Assembly: GCA_036679645.1 (NCBI GenBank)
Contig: JAZDCY010000012.1
Location: forward strand, 97,206 to 161,205
From: Gemmatimonadota bacterium
Lineage (GTDB): Bacteria > Gemmatimonadota > Gemmatimonadetes > Gemmatimonadales > GWC2-71-9
Direction of reading: 5' to 3'
DNA: 64,000 nt
A model generated the notes under the pieces. That model searched no databases. It was not told the DNA's origin and was given only the letters and a program-made list of their open reading frames with translations. Shown here piece after piece: positions 19,966 through 30,898 of this stretch. Every line of letters begins with the position of its first letter. Within the stretch, counting starts at the first letter, position 1. Position numbers and translations under genes: made by a program.

Positions 19966-22068
19966 CTACTTGCCCGACTTCGCCTCTTCCTCCTCGCGAC
20001 GCTTCTCTTCTGCGACCTTCTGCGCGACATCACCCGGGACTTCCTGATAGCTCGCGAAGGTCCACGAAAAGGTACCGCGCCCGTGCGTGATCGAATGGAG
20101 TTGCGTGGAGTACTTGTACATCTCCGCTTCCGGTACATACGCCTTGACTTTCGTGAGACGTCCGTCCGGCTCGCTGCCCAGGATCTGCGCTCGACGTGAC
20201 GAGAGATCACCCATCACATCCCCGAGGTTGTCTCCCGGCGCTTTGACCTCGACCTCCAGCACCGGCTCGAGCAGTACCGGTCTACACGTCTTTGCCACGC
20301 TCCGAAAGGCCAGAATCCCCGCCATCTTGAACGCCTGCTCCGAGCTGTCGACGTTGTGGTAGCTCCCGTCGTAGCACTCGACCTTGAAATCCACGACTGG
20401 ATAGCCGGCGATGGCACCCCGTGTGGCCGCCTCCTGCACGCCCTTACCAACCGCAGGGACGTATTTGCTCGGGATGACCCCACCGACGATCTGGCTTTCG
20501 AATTCGTAGCCGCTGCCACGCGGCCCCGGCACGATGCGGATCCAGCAGTCGCCGTATTGCCCTCTCCCACCACTCTGCTTCTTGTGCTTCCCTTGTCCCT
20601 CACCCTTCCCACGAAACGTCTCGCGGTACGCGACTCTTGGGCGGAGCAATTCGGCGTGCACGCCGAACTTGCGCTCCAGCCGACCCACGACCACCTGAAG
20701 ATGCCGCTCGCCACGCCCGCGGATCAGCGTCTGGCCGAGTTCTGGATTGAACTCGTGATGGAATGTCGGGTCTTCGTCGTGGAGCCGCTGGAGTCCCGTG
20801 GAGAGCTTGTCCTCCTCACCCCGTTGCTTCACACCCACGGCCAAGACGATGAGGGGATCGGGGAACGGGATCTTGGGCAAGACGACGGGACCATCCTGAG
20901 TCGAGAGCGTGTCGTTGGTGTGGGTATCTTTGAGTTTCGCGACGGTGCCGATATCACCCGCGTGCAGAATTGGGATCTCTTCACGGTCTCGCCCCTGGGT
21001 GATCGAGAGGTGGGCTAGTTTCTCGGTCAAACTGCGGGGCGCGTTGTATACCTCGTCCGCATTCTTGACAGATCCAGCGTGGATCCGGAAGAACGTGACG
21101 TCACCGACGTGCGGCTCCGAAACCGTCTTGAAGACCTGCGCCACGAACGGCGCGTCGTCTCTTACCTCCACTGCCAGGGTCTCGGTTGATTCCCATTTCG
21201 TAACCTCAGCCGGTGTCACGTCCGCGGGCGACGGCACGAGCTCGACGATCTTTGTCAACAGCGCACGGGTTCCGTAGGTCAGCGTGGCTGAACCGCAGAG
21301 CAATGGGAACAGGTCGCCACGTGCCATGCCGGTGCGCATGGCGGCGATCGTGTCTTCCCGCGAGATCTCCTCGCCGTTGAGGTAGCGCTCGATCAGTGCA
21401 TCATCCGTTTCCGCAACCCGCTCGATCAGGTCCTGCGAATACTGCTCAAACCGCTCGCGATACTCATCTGGGATGTCCGTCTCTTCGTACTCGCCCGTCT
21501 TCGTCCCATCCTTGAACAGATGACACTTCCGACTGAAGAGGTTGATGATGCCGTGGAAGTCCGCGCCTTCGCCAACGGGAATTTCGATCGGGATCACCTT
21601 GTTGGTGAGATGTTCTTTGATGTCGGTGTACACCCGCTCGAAGTTCGCATGCTCCTTATCCATGGTCGAGACGAAAAACATGCGCGGCATGCCACGTTTG
21701 TCCGCGTATTCCCACACGAGCTCGGTCCCGACCTCCACCCCGGCGGTGCCGCTTACGACAATGACCGCTGCATCGGCAGCGTGGATACCCGCCACCGCGT
21801 CGCCAATGAAGTCGAGGTATCCGGGCGTGTCGAGGAAGTTGATCTTCGCATCCTGCCACTCGGCGTGCGCGAGTGCCAGGTTGATGGAGTACTTGCGTTC
21901 GATCTCGTCAGGGGTGTAATCGGTGAGGGCGGTTCCGTCATCTACGGATCCGTGCCGTCGGCTGGAGCCGGCCACGAACGCGAGGGCATCGACGAGCGAC
22001 GTCTTACCGCTCGCGCCGTGGCCAACGACCGCGACGTTGCGAATCTTCTCAGTTGTGTAGTCCCGCAT
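19966..22068 (-). CDS. fusA: Elongation factor G paralog (EF-G2-like)
   Basis: GHGASGKT, DTPGY.DF, GERHL, KQSGGRGQYG, DGSYH.VDSS; non-canonical switch I (RKYSI) and G4 (STMD). Confidence 0.88.
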   Translation of the reverse strand: MRDYTTEKIRNVAVVGHGASGKTSLVDALAFVAGSSRRHGSVDDGTALTDYTPDEIERKYSINLALAHAEWQDAKINFLDTPGYLDFIGDAVAGIHAADAAVIVVSGTAGVEVGTELVWEYADKRGMPRMFFVSTMDKEHANFERVYTDIKEHLTNKVIPIEIPVGEGADFHGIINLFSRKCHLFKDGTKTGEYEETDIPDEYRERFEQYSQDLIERVAETDDALIERYLNGEEISREDTIAAMRTGMARGDLFPLLCGSATLTYGTRALLTKIVELVPSPADVTPAEVTKWESTETLAVEVRDDAPFVAQVFKTVSEPHVGDVTFFRIHAGSVKNADEVYNAPRSLTEKLAHLSITQGRDREEIPILHAGDIGTVAKLKDTHTNDTLSTQDGPVVLPKIPFPDPLIVLAVGVKQRGEEDKLSTGLQRLHDEDPTFHHEFNPELGQTLIRGRGERHLQVVVGRLERKFGVHAELLRPRVAYRETFRGKGEGQGKHKKQSGGRGQYGDCWIRIVPGPRGSGYEFESQIVGGVIPSKYVPAVGKGVQEAATRGAIAGYPVVDFKVECYDGSYHNVDSSEQAFKMAGILAFRSVAKTCRPVLLEPVLEVEVKAPGDNLGDVMGDLSSRRAQILGSEPDGRLTKVKAYVPEAEMYKYSTQLHSITHGRGTFSWTFASYQEVPGDVAQKVAEEKRREEEEAKSGK

Positions 22069-22228
22069 CGGGAGAAACCTCCTCTTGGGGGGACCCGGAA
22101 ATTGGACGCCGACCCCCAGAGTGTCAATTGGAGACCCGGAAGAGGCGGGAAGCACCCCAGGAGGCCGCGCGGGGCCTTAACAAGCGGCCGCCGAAAGCGT
22201 CCACAGGAGTGCTTATGGACCGAGAATC

Positions 22229-23890
22229 ATGAGACGTCATTACGCCGCGGCCGTGCTGCTCACCCTCGCCGGGGCGACGCCGGCGGCGGGGCAGGGACAG
22301 CCCGCCCACCGCCACGTCGTGTGGAGCCGTGCGGACGTCGTCCACCTGCTGAATCGGACAGCGTACGGCCCGCGGCCTGGTGATGTCGAGCGCGTACTGA
22401 TTCTAGGGCTCGACGGCTATCTGGATGCGCAGCTTCATCCCAACCGGCTCGCGGATAGCGACGCCAACCTGTACCTCCGCCGACTCCACGTGCTCGAGAT
22501 GTCCACAGCGGATCTCCGCGAGACCTACCAAGCCGGCGTCCGGGCGCGGCGGGAACGTCAACGCCGTGGGGCAGGCGACTCCGCGGCAACGCGCCCCGAA
22601 GTACCGGAGATGCGGCCGACGGGAATGAGACGCTACCTCGCAGAGTTTCAGCAGGCCGCGTTGGCGCGGGCCATTCTCTCGAAGCGGCAACTTTATGAAG
22701 TCCTCGTCGATTTCTGGACAAACCACTTCAATGTGTTCGTGCTCAAGGGTCCCGTGCGTTTCCTGATGCCCTCGTATATCGAGGACGTCATTCGCCGGCA
22801 CGCACTCGGGAGCTTCGAGGATCTCCTCATCGCCACCGCACAGAGCCCGGCCATGTTGGTGTACCTCGATAACGCGCAGTCCGTCGCCCCCAACGCCGAA
22901 CCGCCGCAGTTGGAACGGATGCGCCGGCGTGCCGAACGCATGACACCGCGACGTGCTGCACAGCGGGCGCGACTCGATTCCGCCATGCGGCGGCTCGAGC
23001 TGCGGATGCCGCGGGGAATCAACGAGAACTACGCCCGTGAGTTGCTGGAGCTACATACGTTGGGCGTCGACGGGGGATACACGCAGGACGATGTGATGCA
23101 CGTCGCCCGCATCCTCACCGGGTGGGGCGTGCAGCAGCGTCCCGGCACCGTGCGCTTCGTCTTCAACGACTGGGCACACGACCGCGGAGAAAAGCTCGTG
23201 CTGGGTCATGTGTTCCCCCCGGGGCGGGGAGAGCGTGAAGGCCTCGAGTTGCTTCGCATGCTGGCGCGGCACCCGTCCACAATGCGCTTTGTGAGCACCA
23301 AGCTCTGTCGCCGTTTCGTAGCCGACGATCCGCCAGCGGCGTGCATCGATACCGCGGTGCAAGCTTGGGTGGGTAGCGGTGGCGATATCGGTGAGGTCAT
23401 ACGCGCAATCCTCACGTCGCCCAGCTTCTGGGCGCCGGAATACCGAACGAATAAGGTGAAAACTCCACTCGAGTTCGTCGCCTCGGCTGCTCGGGTCACA
23501 GGCTCGGTACCCGATACCACACTCGCGCTTGTGCGGGTCGTCGCGCGACTGGGACAGCCACTCTTCCAGGAGTCTGCTCCGACGGGATACCCAGACCGTC
23601 GCGAGTCGTGGGTGAATGCCGGAGCGTTACTCCAGCGCTTCCATGTGGCGCTCGCAATAGCGGGCGGTCGCGCGCCGGGTCTCCAGGCGCCGCGCGAGCC
23701 GCCTCTCGGCAGTGCGGGGACGGCAGACGAGATTCTCGCCGGCGTGCGGCACGTGTTCTTCCACGACGTGGCCGGCGCGGCCACTCTGCAGAGCATACGG
23801 AACCAGATCTCCGATCTACCCGACCCGCGGGCCCGCCGGACGCTGGCGATGGGCATGGCCATCGGCAGTCCCGAGTTCCAGCGACGGTAG
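22229..23890 (+). CDS. DUF1800 family exported protein
   Basis: HLLNR.AYGP, FWTNHFNV, YLDN, NENYARELLELHTLGV, K.KTPLE, SPEFQ. Confidence 0.9.
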   Translation: MRRHYAAAVLLTLAGATPAAGQGQPAHRHVVWSRADVVHLLNRTAYGPRPGDVERVLILGLDGYLDAQLHPNRLADSDANLYLRRLHVLEMSTADLRETYQAGVRARRERQRRGAGDSAATRPEVPEMRPTGMRRYLAEFQQAALARAILSKRQLYEVLVDFWTNHFNVFVLKGPVRFLMPSYIEDVIRRHALGSFEDLLIATAQSPAMLVYLDNAQSVAPNAEPPQLERMRRRAERMTPRRAAQRARLDSAMRRLELRMPRGINENYARELLELHTLGVDGGYTQDDVMHVARILTGWGVQQRPGTVRFVFNDWAHDRGEKLVLGHVFPPGRGEREGLELLRMLARHPSTMRFVSTKLCRRFVADDPPAACIDTAVQAWVGSGGDIGEVIRAILTSPSFWAPEYRTNKVKTPLEFVASAARVTGSVPDTTLALVRVVARLGQPLFQESAPTGYPDRRESWVNAGALLQRFHVALAIAGGRAPGLQAPREPPLGSAGTADEILAGVRHVFFHDVAGAATLQSIRNQISDLPDPRARRTLAMGMAIGSPEFQRR

Positions 23891-23900
23891 GAGTGTTTGG

Positions 23901-25175
23901 ATGACGACCGAGAAGTTACGTCGACGCGTCTTCGTCAAGACCGGTGGGCTGGCACTTCTGAGCCTTGGGCTCGACCCGATCTTTCTGACCCGAGCCGCGT
24001 ACGCCGTGCGTCGCAGCGGGGCCACCGGCACACGCACCAAGACGCTCGTCTGCGTGTTCCAACGCGGCGCCGTAGATGGGCTCAACATGATCGTGCCGCA
24101 CGGTGAGCGGCGTTACTACGACGAACGCCCGCGCATCGCCGTGCCGCCGCCCGGTCACGCCGGTGGCGCGCTGGACCTCGACGGGATGTTCGGATTGCAC
24201 CCCGCGCTGGCTCCACTGCTCCCGCTGTACCACGCGGGCACGTTGGCCCTGGTTCATGCGGTGGGCTCTCCAGATGCCACGCGCAGCCACTTCGATGCGC
24301 AAGATTACATGGAATCGGGAACACCCGGTCGCAAGACCACTCAGGACGGATGGCTGAACCGGCAGCTGGCGCACGCTGCCGATCACGGCACAACACCGTT
24401 TCGCGGCGTCGCGATCGGACCACATCTGCCCCGCGCTTTGCGCGGCGCCGCGCCCGCCTTGGCAATCGACAACCTCCAGAACTTCGGTATGCCCGGACGC
24501 GGGGCACTGCGCGAGCGCATCACGTCGGCCTTCGAGGAGATGTACGGTGGTACCTCATCCGGTCTCGTTGCCAGCTCGGCCGGAGAAGCGTTCGACGCCG
24601 CCCGTCGGCTCGAGGCAGCTCATCCGGAGCGCGTGCGTCCGGCAAACGGCGCCGCATACCCCTCCAGCCCGTTCGGGCGCGCCATGCGGCAGATCGCCCA
24701 ACTCATTAGGTCCGATCTCGGGCTCGAGATTGCGTTCACAGACGTGGGTGGTTGGGACACCCACGTCAATCAAGGTGCGGGCGAGGGACAGCTTGCCGGC
24801 CGCCTTGCCGATTTCGGACGCGCCCTCGCAGCCTTTGCCACCGACCTCGGCGAGCGACTAGCTGATGTCACCATCCTGACAATGAGCGAGTTCGGCCGCA
24901 CGGTGGCAGAGAACGGCGCGAGCGGGACCGACCATGGCCACGCCACAGCCATGATGGTCATGGGTGGATCGACGAGGGGCGGTCGTGTCTACGGACGATG
25001 GCCGACGCTCGACCCCGCCAGGCGCTTCAAGGGGCGCGATCTGGCGGTGACGACCGATTTCCGAGACCTCTTTGCTGAAGTGCTGGTCCGGCACCTTGGT
25101 TCCACGGACCTCGGTGCCGTCTTCCCCGGCTACCAGACGAATGCTGCCCGCTGGCTGGATCTCATGCCTGCCTGA
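23901..25175 (+). CDS. DUF1501 family protein with Tat signal
   Basis: RRRVFVK; FQRGAVDGL, RSHFDAQ, GGWDTH, SEFGRT, GTDHG. Confidence 0.9.
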   Translation: MTTEKLRRRVFVKTGGLALLSLGLDPIFLTRAAYAVRRSGATGTRTKTLVCVFQRGAVDGLNMIVPHGERRYYDERPRIAVPPPGHAGGALDLDGMFGLHPALAPLLPLYHAGTLALVHAVGSPDATRSHFDAQDYMESGTPGRKTTQDGWLNRQLAHAADHGTTPFRGVAIGPHLPRALRGAAPALAIDNLQNFGMPGRGALRERITSAFEEMYGGTSSGLVASSAGEAFDAARRLEAAHPERVRPANGAAYPSSPFGRAMRQIAQLIRSDLGLEIAFTDVGGWDTHVNQGAGEGQLAGRLADFGRALAAFATDLGERLADVTILTMSEFGRTVAENGASGTDHGHATAMMVMGGSTRGGRVYGRWPTLDPARRFKGRDLAVTTDFRDLFAEVLVRHLGSTDLGAVFPGYQTNAARWLDLMPA

Positions 25176-25327
25176 AACCACGGTCGCTCCCATGGTGGGC
25201 CTCCTCGGCCGGCGGGCTGCTCAACTCCTTGCGGCGATCACCCGAACATTGCATCAGATAGCGGCTGACGAGACAGGGTCTCGTCGGGACACACGCGCCG
25301 GTGAAGGGGGCGAGGATTCTTAACCTC

Positions 25328-27238
25328 ATGTCGGACATACAACTAACCGCATACGCAGATCCCGCACTCCGCATGGTCGTTTCGGCCGGATCGGCACCCG
25401 ACCCGCGGCAATTCTGGGCCATCGCTGCCGATATCATCATACGCGAGCACGGTGCAGACCGCGTTGTGATCGAGTATTCCGACGGCTACGCCGCCGGCAC
25501 CTCGATTGCCGGCGACGCGCAGGAGGGCACCAAGTCGCATCAGATGGAGTGGACCGGCAGCAACGATCGGTTCGCACGCATCACGATTTGGCCTCCACCG
25601 GATCAGAGCGCGGTGCTGACACGTCACCTCGCGATGGCGGCCGAGCTGGCGGGTCTGGTCGGTCGCCGCGCGACCCTCGAGCACGAGCGCCGTCTCGGGA
25701 CATTTCTCGTCGAGTTGTCCCGATGGATGAGCACGGCCGCAACCGATCCGCGCACGCTACTGGAGTACGCGGTGCACAGCGTGATGTCGCTGGTGGATGC
25801 GAGTGGCGCGTTGGTGGTCGAGCGCAACGGCGACGGTGCGCTGGCCCTCGGAATCTCGGTCGGCCAGACCGACATCTTCGAACAGACCACCGGCAACCTC
25901 GGAGACAGCATCTTCGGACGCGTCATGCTGTCCGAGGAACCGCTCCTCGTCCAGCGTCTGGGAGACGAGCCGGACATCCCACTCGCCGCGGATGGGCGCG
26001 ACCGACTGCGCGGGGCGATCATCGTCCCGCTCGTGACGAGCGGTGGTGCTATCGGGTCGCTGTGCGCGTTCCGCACGGCCGACACGTCGGCGGGCGACGT
26101 CCCTTTTACCCTGCACGACCTAAACTACCTGCAGGCGGTGGCATCACACATCGGTGGGGCGCTGGACCTTGCCGCGGCCCTCGAGGCCGCTCACGAAGCC
26201 GCCCGCCGTCTGAGCGCGATGGTCAACGGCAGCCCCTTGCCACTGGCACTTGTCAACCGCTCCGGCCTGATTCTCGAAGCCAATCCGGCGTGGGCCGCGC
26301 TCTTCGGGCTACCGCACGCCGATGCCCTGCGCGGACGAACCCTCGAGACCTTCCCCATGGAACTCGACCGGTCCACCCCGGCCGAGTCGATCGACCTGTC
26401 CGCATCCGGCGTTCCATGGCGGGGACGAGCCCGAGTGACACGCGGTGACGAGCATCGCAAGTGCGACGCGATCTTCACCGCGCTCGACGGGACTGAGGGT
26501 GATTTTCTGGTCGCGCTCCATGATCGCACTGATGAGATCCGTGCGCAGCGAGAGTTGATCGCCAGCGAGAAGCTCGCGACGGTTGGCAGTATTGCGGGCG
26601 GGGTGGCGCATGAAGTCAACAACCCGCTTGCCGCCATCCGGATGGAAGCGGAGTTGCTGCTCGTAGGCGATGCACCAACGGAGACCGCGGAAGCCGTCAA
26701 GGTGATCATCAACGAGGTCGACCGGGCCGCTCGCATCGCCAAAGGGCTCTTGCGTCTGTCCCGGCAATCCGACGGTCGGATGGAAGAGATCGCGCCCACG
26801 GAGTTGCTGGACGACATCGCTGAGGTCCGTACACAGGTGCTGGCCGGAGAGGGAACGACGCTGAGCGCCGACGTGGCGCGAGATCTCCCCACGGTGTTCG
26901 CGCGGGCGGGTGACCTGGAGCAGGTACTTCTTCACATCGTCTCGAACGCGGAGCACGCGGTGCGGTCCCGGTCGAACGCGACCATTCACGTGCTGGCGCG
27001 TCCCTCCGACAAAGGCGTGCGCATCACGGTGGACGACTCCGGCCCGGGAGTGGAAGCCAGCCTGCGCACACGCATCTTCGATCCCTTCTTCACGACGCGC
27101 GCGCCGGACAAGGGTCGTGGACTAGGTCTCGCCATGTGCCAGCGGATCGCAACGGAGCTGGGCGGCCGGATCTGGATCGAGGACAGTCCCCTGGGCGGCG
27201 CGCGATTCGTATTCGAGCTCCCACGCGCGAGCACCTGA
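25328..27238 (+). CDS. GAF/PAS sensor histidine kinase (NtrB-like)
   Basis: EKLATVG..AGGVAHEVNNPL, DSGPG, FDPFFTT, GRGLGL. Confidence 0.88.
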   Translation: MSDIQLTAYADPALRMVVSAGSAPDPRQFWAIAADIIIREHGADRVVIEYSDGYAAGTSIAGDAQEGTKSHQMEWTGSNDRFARITIWPPPDQSAVLTRHLAMAAELAGLVGRRATLEHERRLGTFLVELSRWMSTAATDPRTLLEYAVHSVMSLVDASGALVVERNGDGALALGISVGQTDIFEQTTGNLGDSIFGRVMLSEEPLLVQRLGDEPDIPLAADGRDRLRGAIIVPLVTSGGAIGSLCAFRTADTSAGDVPFTLHDLNYLQAVASHIGGALDLAAALEAAHEAARRLSAMVNGSPLPLALVNRSGLILEANPAWAALFGLPHADALRGRTLETFPMELDRSTPAESIDLSASGVPWRGRARVTRGDEHRKCDAIFTALDGTEGDFLVALHDRTDEIRAQRELIASEKLATVGSIAGGVAHEVNNPLAAIRMEAELLLVGDAPTETAEAVKVIINEVDRAARIAKGLLRLSRQSDGRMEEIAPTELLDDIAEVRTQVLAGEGTTLSADVARDLPTVFARAGDLEQVLLHIVSNAEHAVRSRSNATIHVLARPSDKGVRITVDDSGPGVEASLRTRIFDPFFTTRAPDKGRGLGLAMCQRIATELGGRIWIEDSPLGGARFVFELPRAST

Positions 27239-27501
27239 CCACACGACGTAGAAAATTTCACGCTCACCAACTCGCGCAGACCAAACCGACCCAGTTGGCG
27301 ACGTCACGGAACGGATCTTGAGTGCCATGCCCACTTCGGTACTCATCGTGCCCGTGCTGGGACCCGCGGACCGGCGGTCTCGCCGATCGGGGCACGGCGC
27401 GGGTGGCCGGTCGGGGTTCACGCTCGAGGCCTAGCCATGTGACATCGCGCGCGTTGCCAGCTACGTGGCACAACGACGGTGTTGCAGGTAGGTTCGGCGA
27501 T

Positions 27502-28740
27502 ATGGTGCCGCCAAGACCGCAAGCCCCGTCCTCCGAAGAGCGTTTGCGACGCCTCATCGCAGCCGGCGTCGCGATCACCGCGGAACACGCCCTCGACAGC
27601 GTTCTCCAAGCGGTCGTGAACGCTGCCCAGGAGGTGATCGGCGCGAAGTACGTCGCCCTGGGCATCCTGGATTCCACCGGAACCGAGATCGACCGCTTCG
27701 TGACGGGCGGCATGCCGCGAGAGGCCATCGACCGGATTGGCCGCTACCCGACAGGGAAAGGGATTCTCGGGATCCTCATCTCCGATCCGCGCCCCCTGCG
27801 AGTGGCCGATGTCGGGAATCACCCAAGGGCGCACGGGTTTCCGGAGCATCACCCGCCCATGCACTCGTTCTTGGGGGTGCCAATCGTTGGCCGACTGGGG
27901 CCGGTCGGGAACCTCTACCTGACCGAGAAGATCGGGGCGGGGGAGTTCTCCGAGGAGGACGAGTCCATCGCGATGATGCTTGCGGCACAAGCCGCGGTCG
28001 CGGTCGAGAACGCCACGCTCTATGAGGACAGCCAGCGCCTGATCCACGAGATCAAGTCGATGCAGGCATCGCGTGACCGCTTCTACGCGATGATCAACCA
28101 CGAACTGCGTAACGCCCTGACCGCGGTCTACGGGTGGGCTGATCTGCTGATGCGCAAGATGGGCCCCGACGGCCCGCGCGCCGCCCGGGAGGTGCACGAG
28201 TCGGCCGAGCGCACGCTCGAGCTCCTCAACGACCTGCTGGACCTGAGCCGGATCGAGGCCGAACGCCTGCGTCCGAGTGTTCGGGAAGCGGACATCGGCG
28301 ATCTCGTGGACGACGCCATCGCATCGGTCGAGCCGGCCGCGGCTGAGCGGAGCGTAGAGCTGGCACTGGAGGGTGTCAACGGCACCGCGCCCTGCGAGAC
28401 CGACCCTCAACGCGTGCGGCAGATCCTAATAAATCTGCTCTCGAACGCCGTTCGCCACAGCCCGGAGGGTGGTCGGGTGATGACCCGGACGGTGGCAGAC
28501 GAGCAGCGGATTCGTTTCGACGTTATCGACCGCGGGCCGGGCATCCCGGCGTCAGAGCAAGGCCATATCTTCGAGGCGTTTACGCGCGCCGGTGAGAGCG
28601 AGGAGCGCGGGACGGGACTGGGGCTCACGCTCTCGAAACAGCTGGCCCTCCTGTTGGGAGGCGACTTGACATTGCGCAGCACGCCGGGAAAGGGAGCGAC
28701 TTTCACGCTCGAAATCCCCCGGTGGTTCGGAAAATCGTGA
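27502..28740 (+). CDS. GAF sensor histidine kinase with a DosS/DevS-like GAF
   Basis: GFPEHHPPMHSFLGVPI...NLYLTEK; NHELRNAL, NLLSNA, DRGPGI, GTGLGL. Confidence 0.88.
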   Translation: MVPPRPQAPSSEERLRRLIAAGVAITAEHALDSVLQAVVNAAQEVIGAKYVALGILDSTGTEIDRFVTGGMPREAIDRIGRYPTGKGILGILISDPRPLRVADVGNHPRAHGFPEHHPPMHSFLGVPIVGRLGPVGNLYLTEKIGAGEFSEEDESIAMMLAAQAAVAVENATLYEDSQRLIHEIKSMQASRDRFYAMINHELRNALTAVYGWADLLMRKMGPDGPRAAREVHESAERTLELLNDLLDLSRIEAERLRPSVREADIGDLVDDAIASVEPAAAERSVELALEGVNGTAPCETDPQRVRQILINLLSNAVRHSPEGGRVMTRTVADEQRIRFDVIDRGPGIPASEQGHIFEAFTRAGESEERGTGLGLTLSKQLALLLGGDLTLRSTPGKGATFTLEIPRWFGKS

Positions 28741-28797
28741 AGACCCATTCACAGAGCGTTCAACGTCAGATTACGAGGACAACTTCAGGTTCGAATC

Positions 28798-29496
28798 ATG
28801 CGGATACTGGCAGTCGAGGACGACCGTAAGGTCGCCGGTTTCATTGAGATGGGACTCCGCGAGGAGGGGTACGCCGTCGATATCGCGCGCGACGGAGACG
28901 AGGCCATTGTGCTCGCGCACGTGAACGATTACGACGCCATTCTCCTCGACCTGATGCTCCCAAAAAAGAACGGGCTCCAGGTGGCGGCCGAGTTGCGGCG
29001 CGAAGGTCGCACGACACCGATCCTCATGCTCACGGCTCGCGACGCGACCGAGGACGTGGTCCGTGGGCTCGATGCGGGCGCCGACGACTACCTGGCCAAA
29101 CCGTTCAAGTTCGACGAACTCCTTGCCCGGCTCAGGGCGCTCGTACGTCGTGGCGGCGCCACGCGACTCGAGCGCCTGAACGCGGGGCCACTCGAGCTCG
29201 ATCGGTTGAAACATCAGGCGTTTGCTGGCGGTACGCAGCTCGATCTCACCCCGCGCGAGTTCCAGTTGCTCGAACACTTCATGATGCACAAGGACGATGT
29301 CGTCCGGCGGACGGAGCTGCTCGAGAAGGTCTGGGACATGCACTTTGATCCCGAGAGCAATGTCGTGGATGTGCATGTGGGGAACCTTCGACGGAAGTTG
29401 CGCGAGGCGGGGTTTGACGGACTCATCAATACGGTGCGCGGCGTCGGTTTCCGGTTGAACGGATCGACCGAGGACGCCGACCAGAAGACGAACTAG
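28798..29496 (+). CDS. OmpR/PhoB-family response regulator
   Basis: VEDD, LLDLMLP, LTARD, GADDYL.KPF, NVVDVHV, TVRGVGF. Confidence 0.93.
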   Translation: MRILAVEDDRKVAGFIEMGLREEGYAVDIARDGDEAIVLAHVNDYDAILLDLMLPKKNGLQVAAELRREGRTTPILMLTARDATEDVVRGLDAGADDYLAKPFKFDELLARLRALVRRGGATRLERLNAGPLELDRLKHQAFAGGTQLDLTPREFQLLEHFMMHKDDVVRRTELLEKVWDMHFDPESNVVDVHVGNLRRKLREAGFDGLINTVRGVGFRLNGSTEDADQKTN

Positions 29497-29500
29497 GCGC

Positions 29501-30898
29501 ATGGTTTCGCTTCGCCGCACGCTGTCCGTGCGGTTCTCGATCACCATGTTCGTTGCCCTGCTGGTGATCGCGTTGTGGGCGTTTCTCGGGGCCCAGCGGG
29601 TTCTTCGAGACGAGCTGGACCGCGGCCTCGCGGCGGCCGCACATCTAGAAGCCGCGGTCGTTCTCTCGGGATTGTCCATTCCCGCACAATCGGGATTTGC
29701 GGAACGCGACGCCTTCGTCGCGGCGGTGAACCGGTTCGTCGTCGTGCGCGACGCCGACGCGGCGGTCCTGGCGAGCAACACACCCCTCGGTGCCGACCTG
29801 CCCAACGAACCTGGCGCCTTTGCACGCGCGATGGACGGCGAAGCGAGCTGGGCCACGATCAAATGGAACGGTGAAGCAATTCGCACGTACCTCCTGCCAC
29901 TCGACAGTCGTGGAGAGCGCGACGCCCGCGTGATACAGGTCGCCGCCCTCCTGGGCCCAATGCACGCCGTGAGCCGAACGGTACTCTTCCTCATGCTCGG
30001 CACCGTCCTGCTCGGGATGGTCGCGACGATGTTCGGGGCGGGATGGCTGGCGCGCGCCGCGGTCGAGCCCGTATCCGAGATCGCCGCGCAGGCGGAGTCC
30101 GTTAGACCGGGTGAGGTGAACCAGCGTATCACGGCCCACGCGGGAGTTTCTGAGTTCAACGGGCTCGTGCGCGTGCTCAACCAGATGCTCGAACGCCTCG
30201 ATCGCGGCGTTCTGGCCCAACGTCGCATCATTGCCGACGTGAGTCACGACCTGCGCACGCCCATCACCGCAATGCTGGGAGAATTGGAAGTCGCGCTGAG
30301 GCGGCGGCGCTCGCCAGACCAGTACCAAGCCATCCTGCAGAGTCTGCTCGAGGAGGTCAACCACCTCTCGAGCATCAACGAGACGCTCGTGACCTTGGCC
30401 CGCATTGAAGCGGGTGAGCTCGCACCCGAACGCGTGCCGACTGACGTCGACGGCCTGCTGCGCCGCGCCGCGGAGCGCATACGGCCGCGAGCCGGAAAGC
30501 GGACCATCTCCATACACGCGCGCATGAACGGCGACGATGAGATCACGATCGATCAGCACCTCATCGGTCTGGTGCTCGATCAGTTGCTCGACAACGCCGT
30601 GCGGCATACGCCCGATGCCGCAAACATCCAGGTTCGCGCCGCCCCATCCGATGACGCACTCGCGGTCACCGTGGAAGACGACGGCGACGGCGTTCCCAAC
30701 GACGCGTTGCCACATCTCTTCGAGCGATTCTATCGCGGCGACGCCGCCCGGGGGCGCTCGGCGGGCGCTGGTCTTGGATTGACGGTGGTAGCCGCGATCA
30801 TCGCCGCCCACGGCGGGGTGATCCGGGCCGCCGCCAGCGACACCGGGGGTCTTCTAATCACCTTTTCGCTGCCGCGACAGGCAGGAACCGCCTCCTAG
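29501..30898 (+). CDS. HAMP-domain membrane sensor histidine kinase
   Basis: Two TM segments; SHDLRTP, LLDNA, LFERFYR, GAGLGL. Confidence 0.9.
   Translation: MVSLRRTLSVRFSITMFVALLVIALWAFLGAQRVLRDELDRGLAAAAHLEAAVVLSGLSIPAQSGFAERDAFVAAVNRFVVVRDADAAVLASNTPLGADLPNEPGAFARAMDGEASWATIKWNGEAIRTYLLPLDSRGERDARVIQVAALLGPMHAVSRTVLFLMLGTVLLGMVATMFGAGWLARAAVEPVSEIAAQAESVRPGEVNQRITAHAGVSEFNGLVRVLNQMLERLDRGVLAQRRIIADVSHDLRTPITAMLGELEVALRRRRSPDQYQAILQSLLEEVNHLSSINETLVTLARIEAGELAPERVPTDVDGLLRRAAERIRPRAGKRTISIHARMNGDDEITIDQHLIGLVLDQLLDNAVRHTPDAANIQVRAAPSDDALAVTVEDDGDGVPNDALPHLFERFYRGDAARGRSAGAGLGLTVVAAIIAAHGGVIRAAASDTGGLLITFSLPRQAGTAS

Noticed and set aside
27122..27421. Minus-strand 99-aa ORF between the kinases
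   Set aside because: Overlaps the kinase 3' end by 117 nt; no recognisable motif
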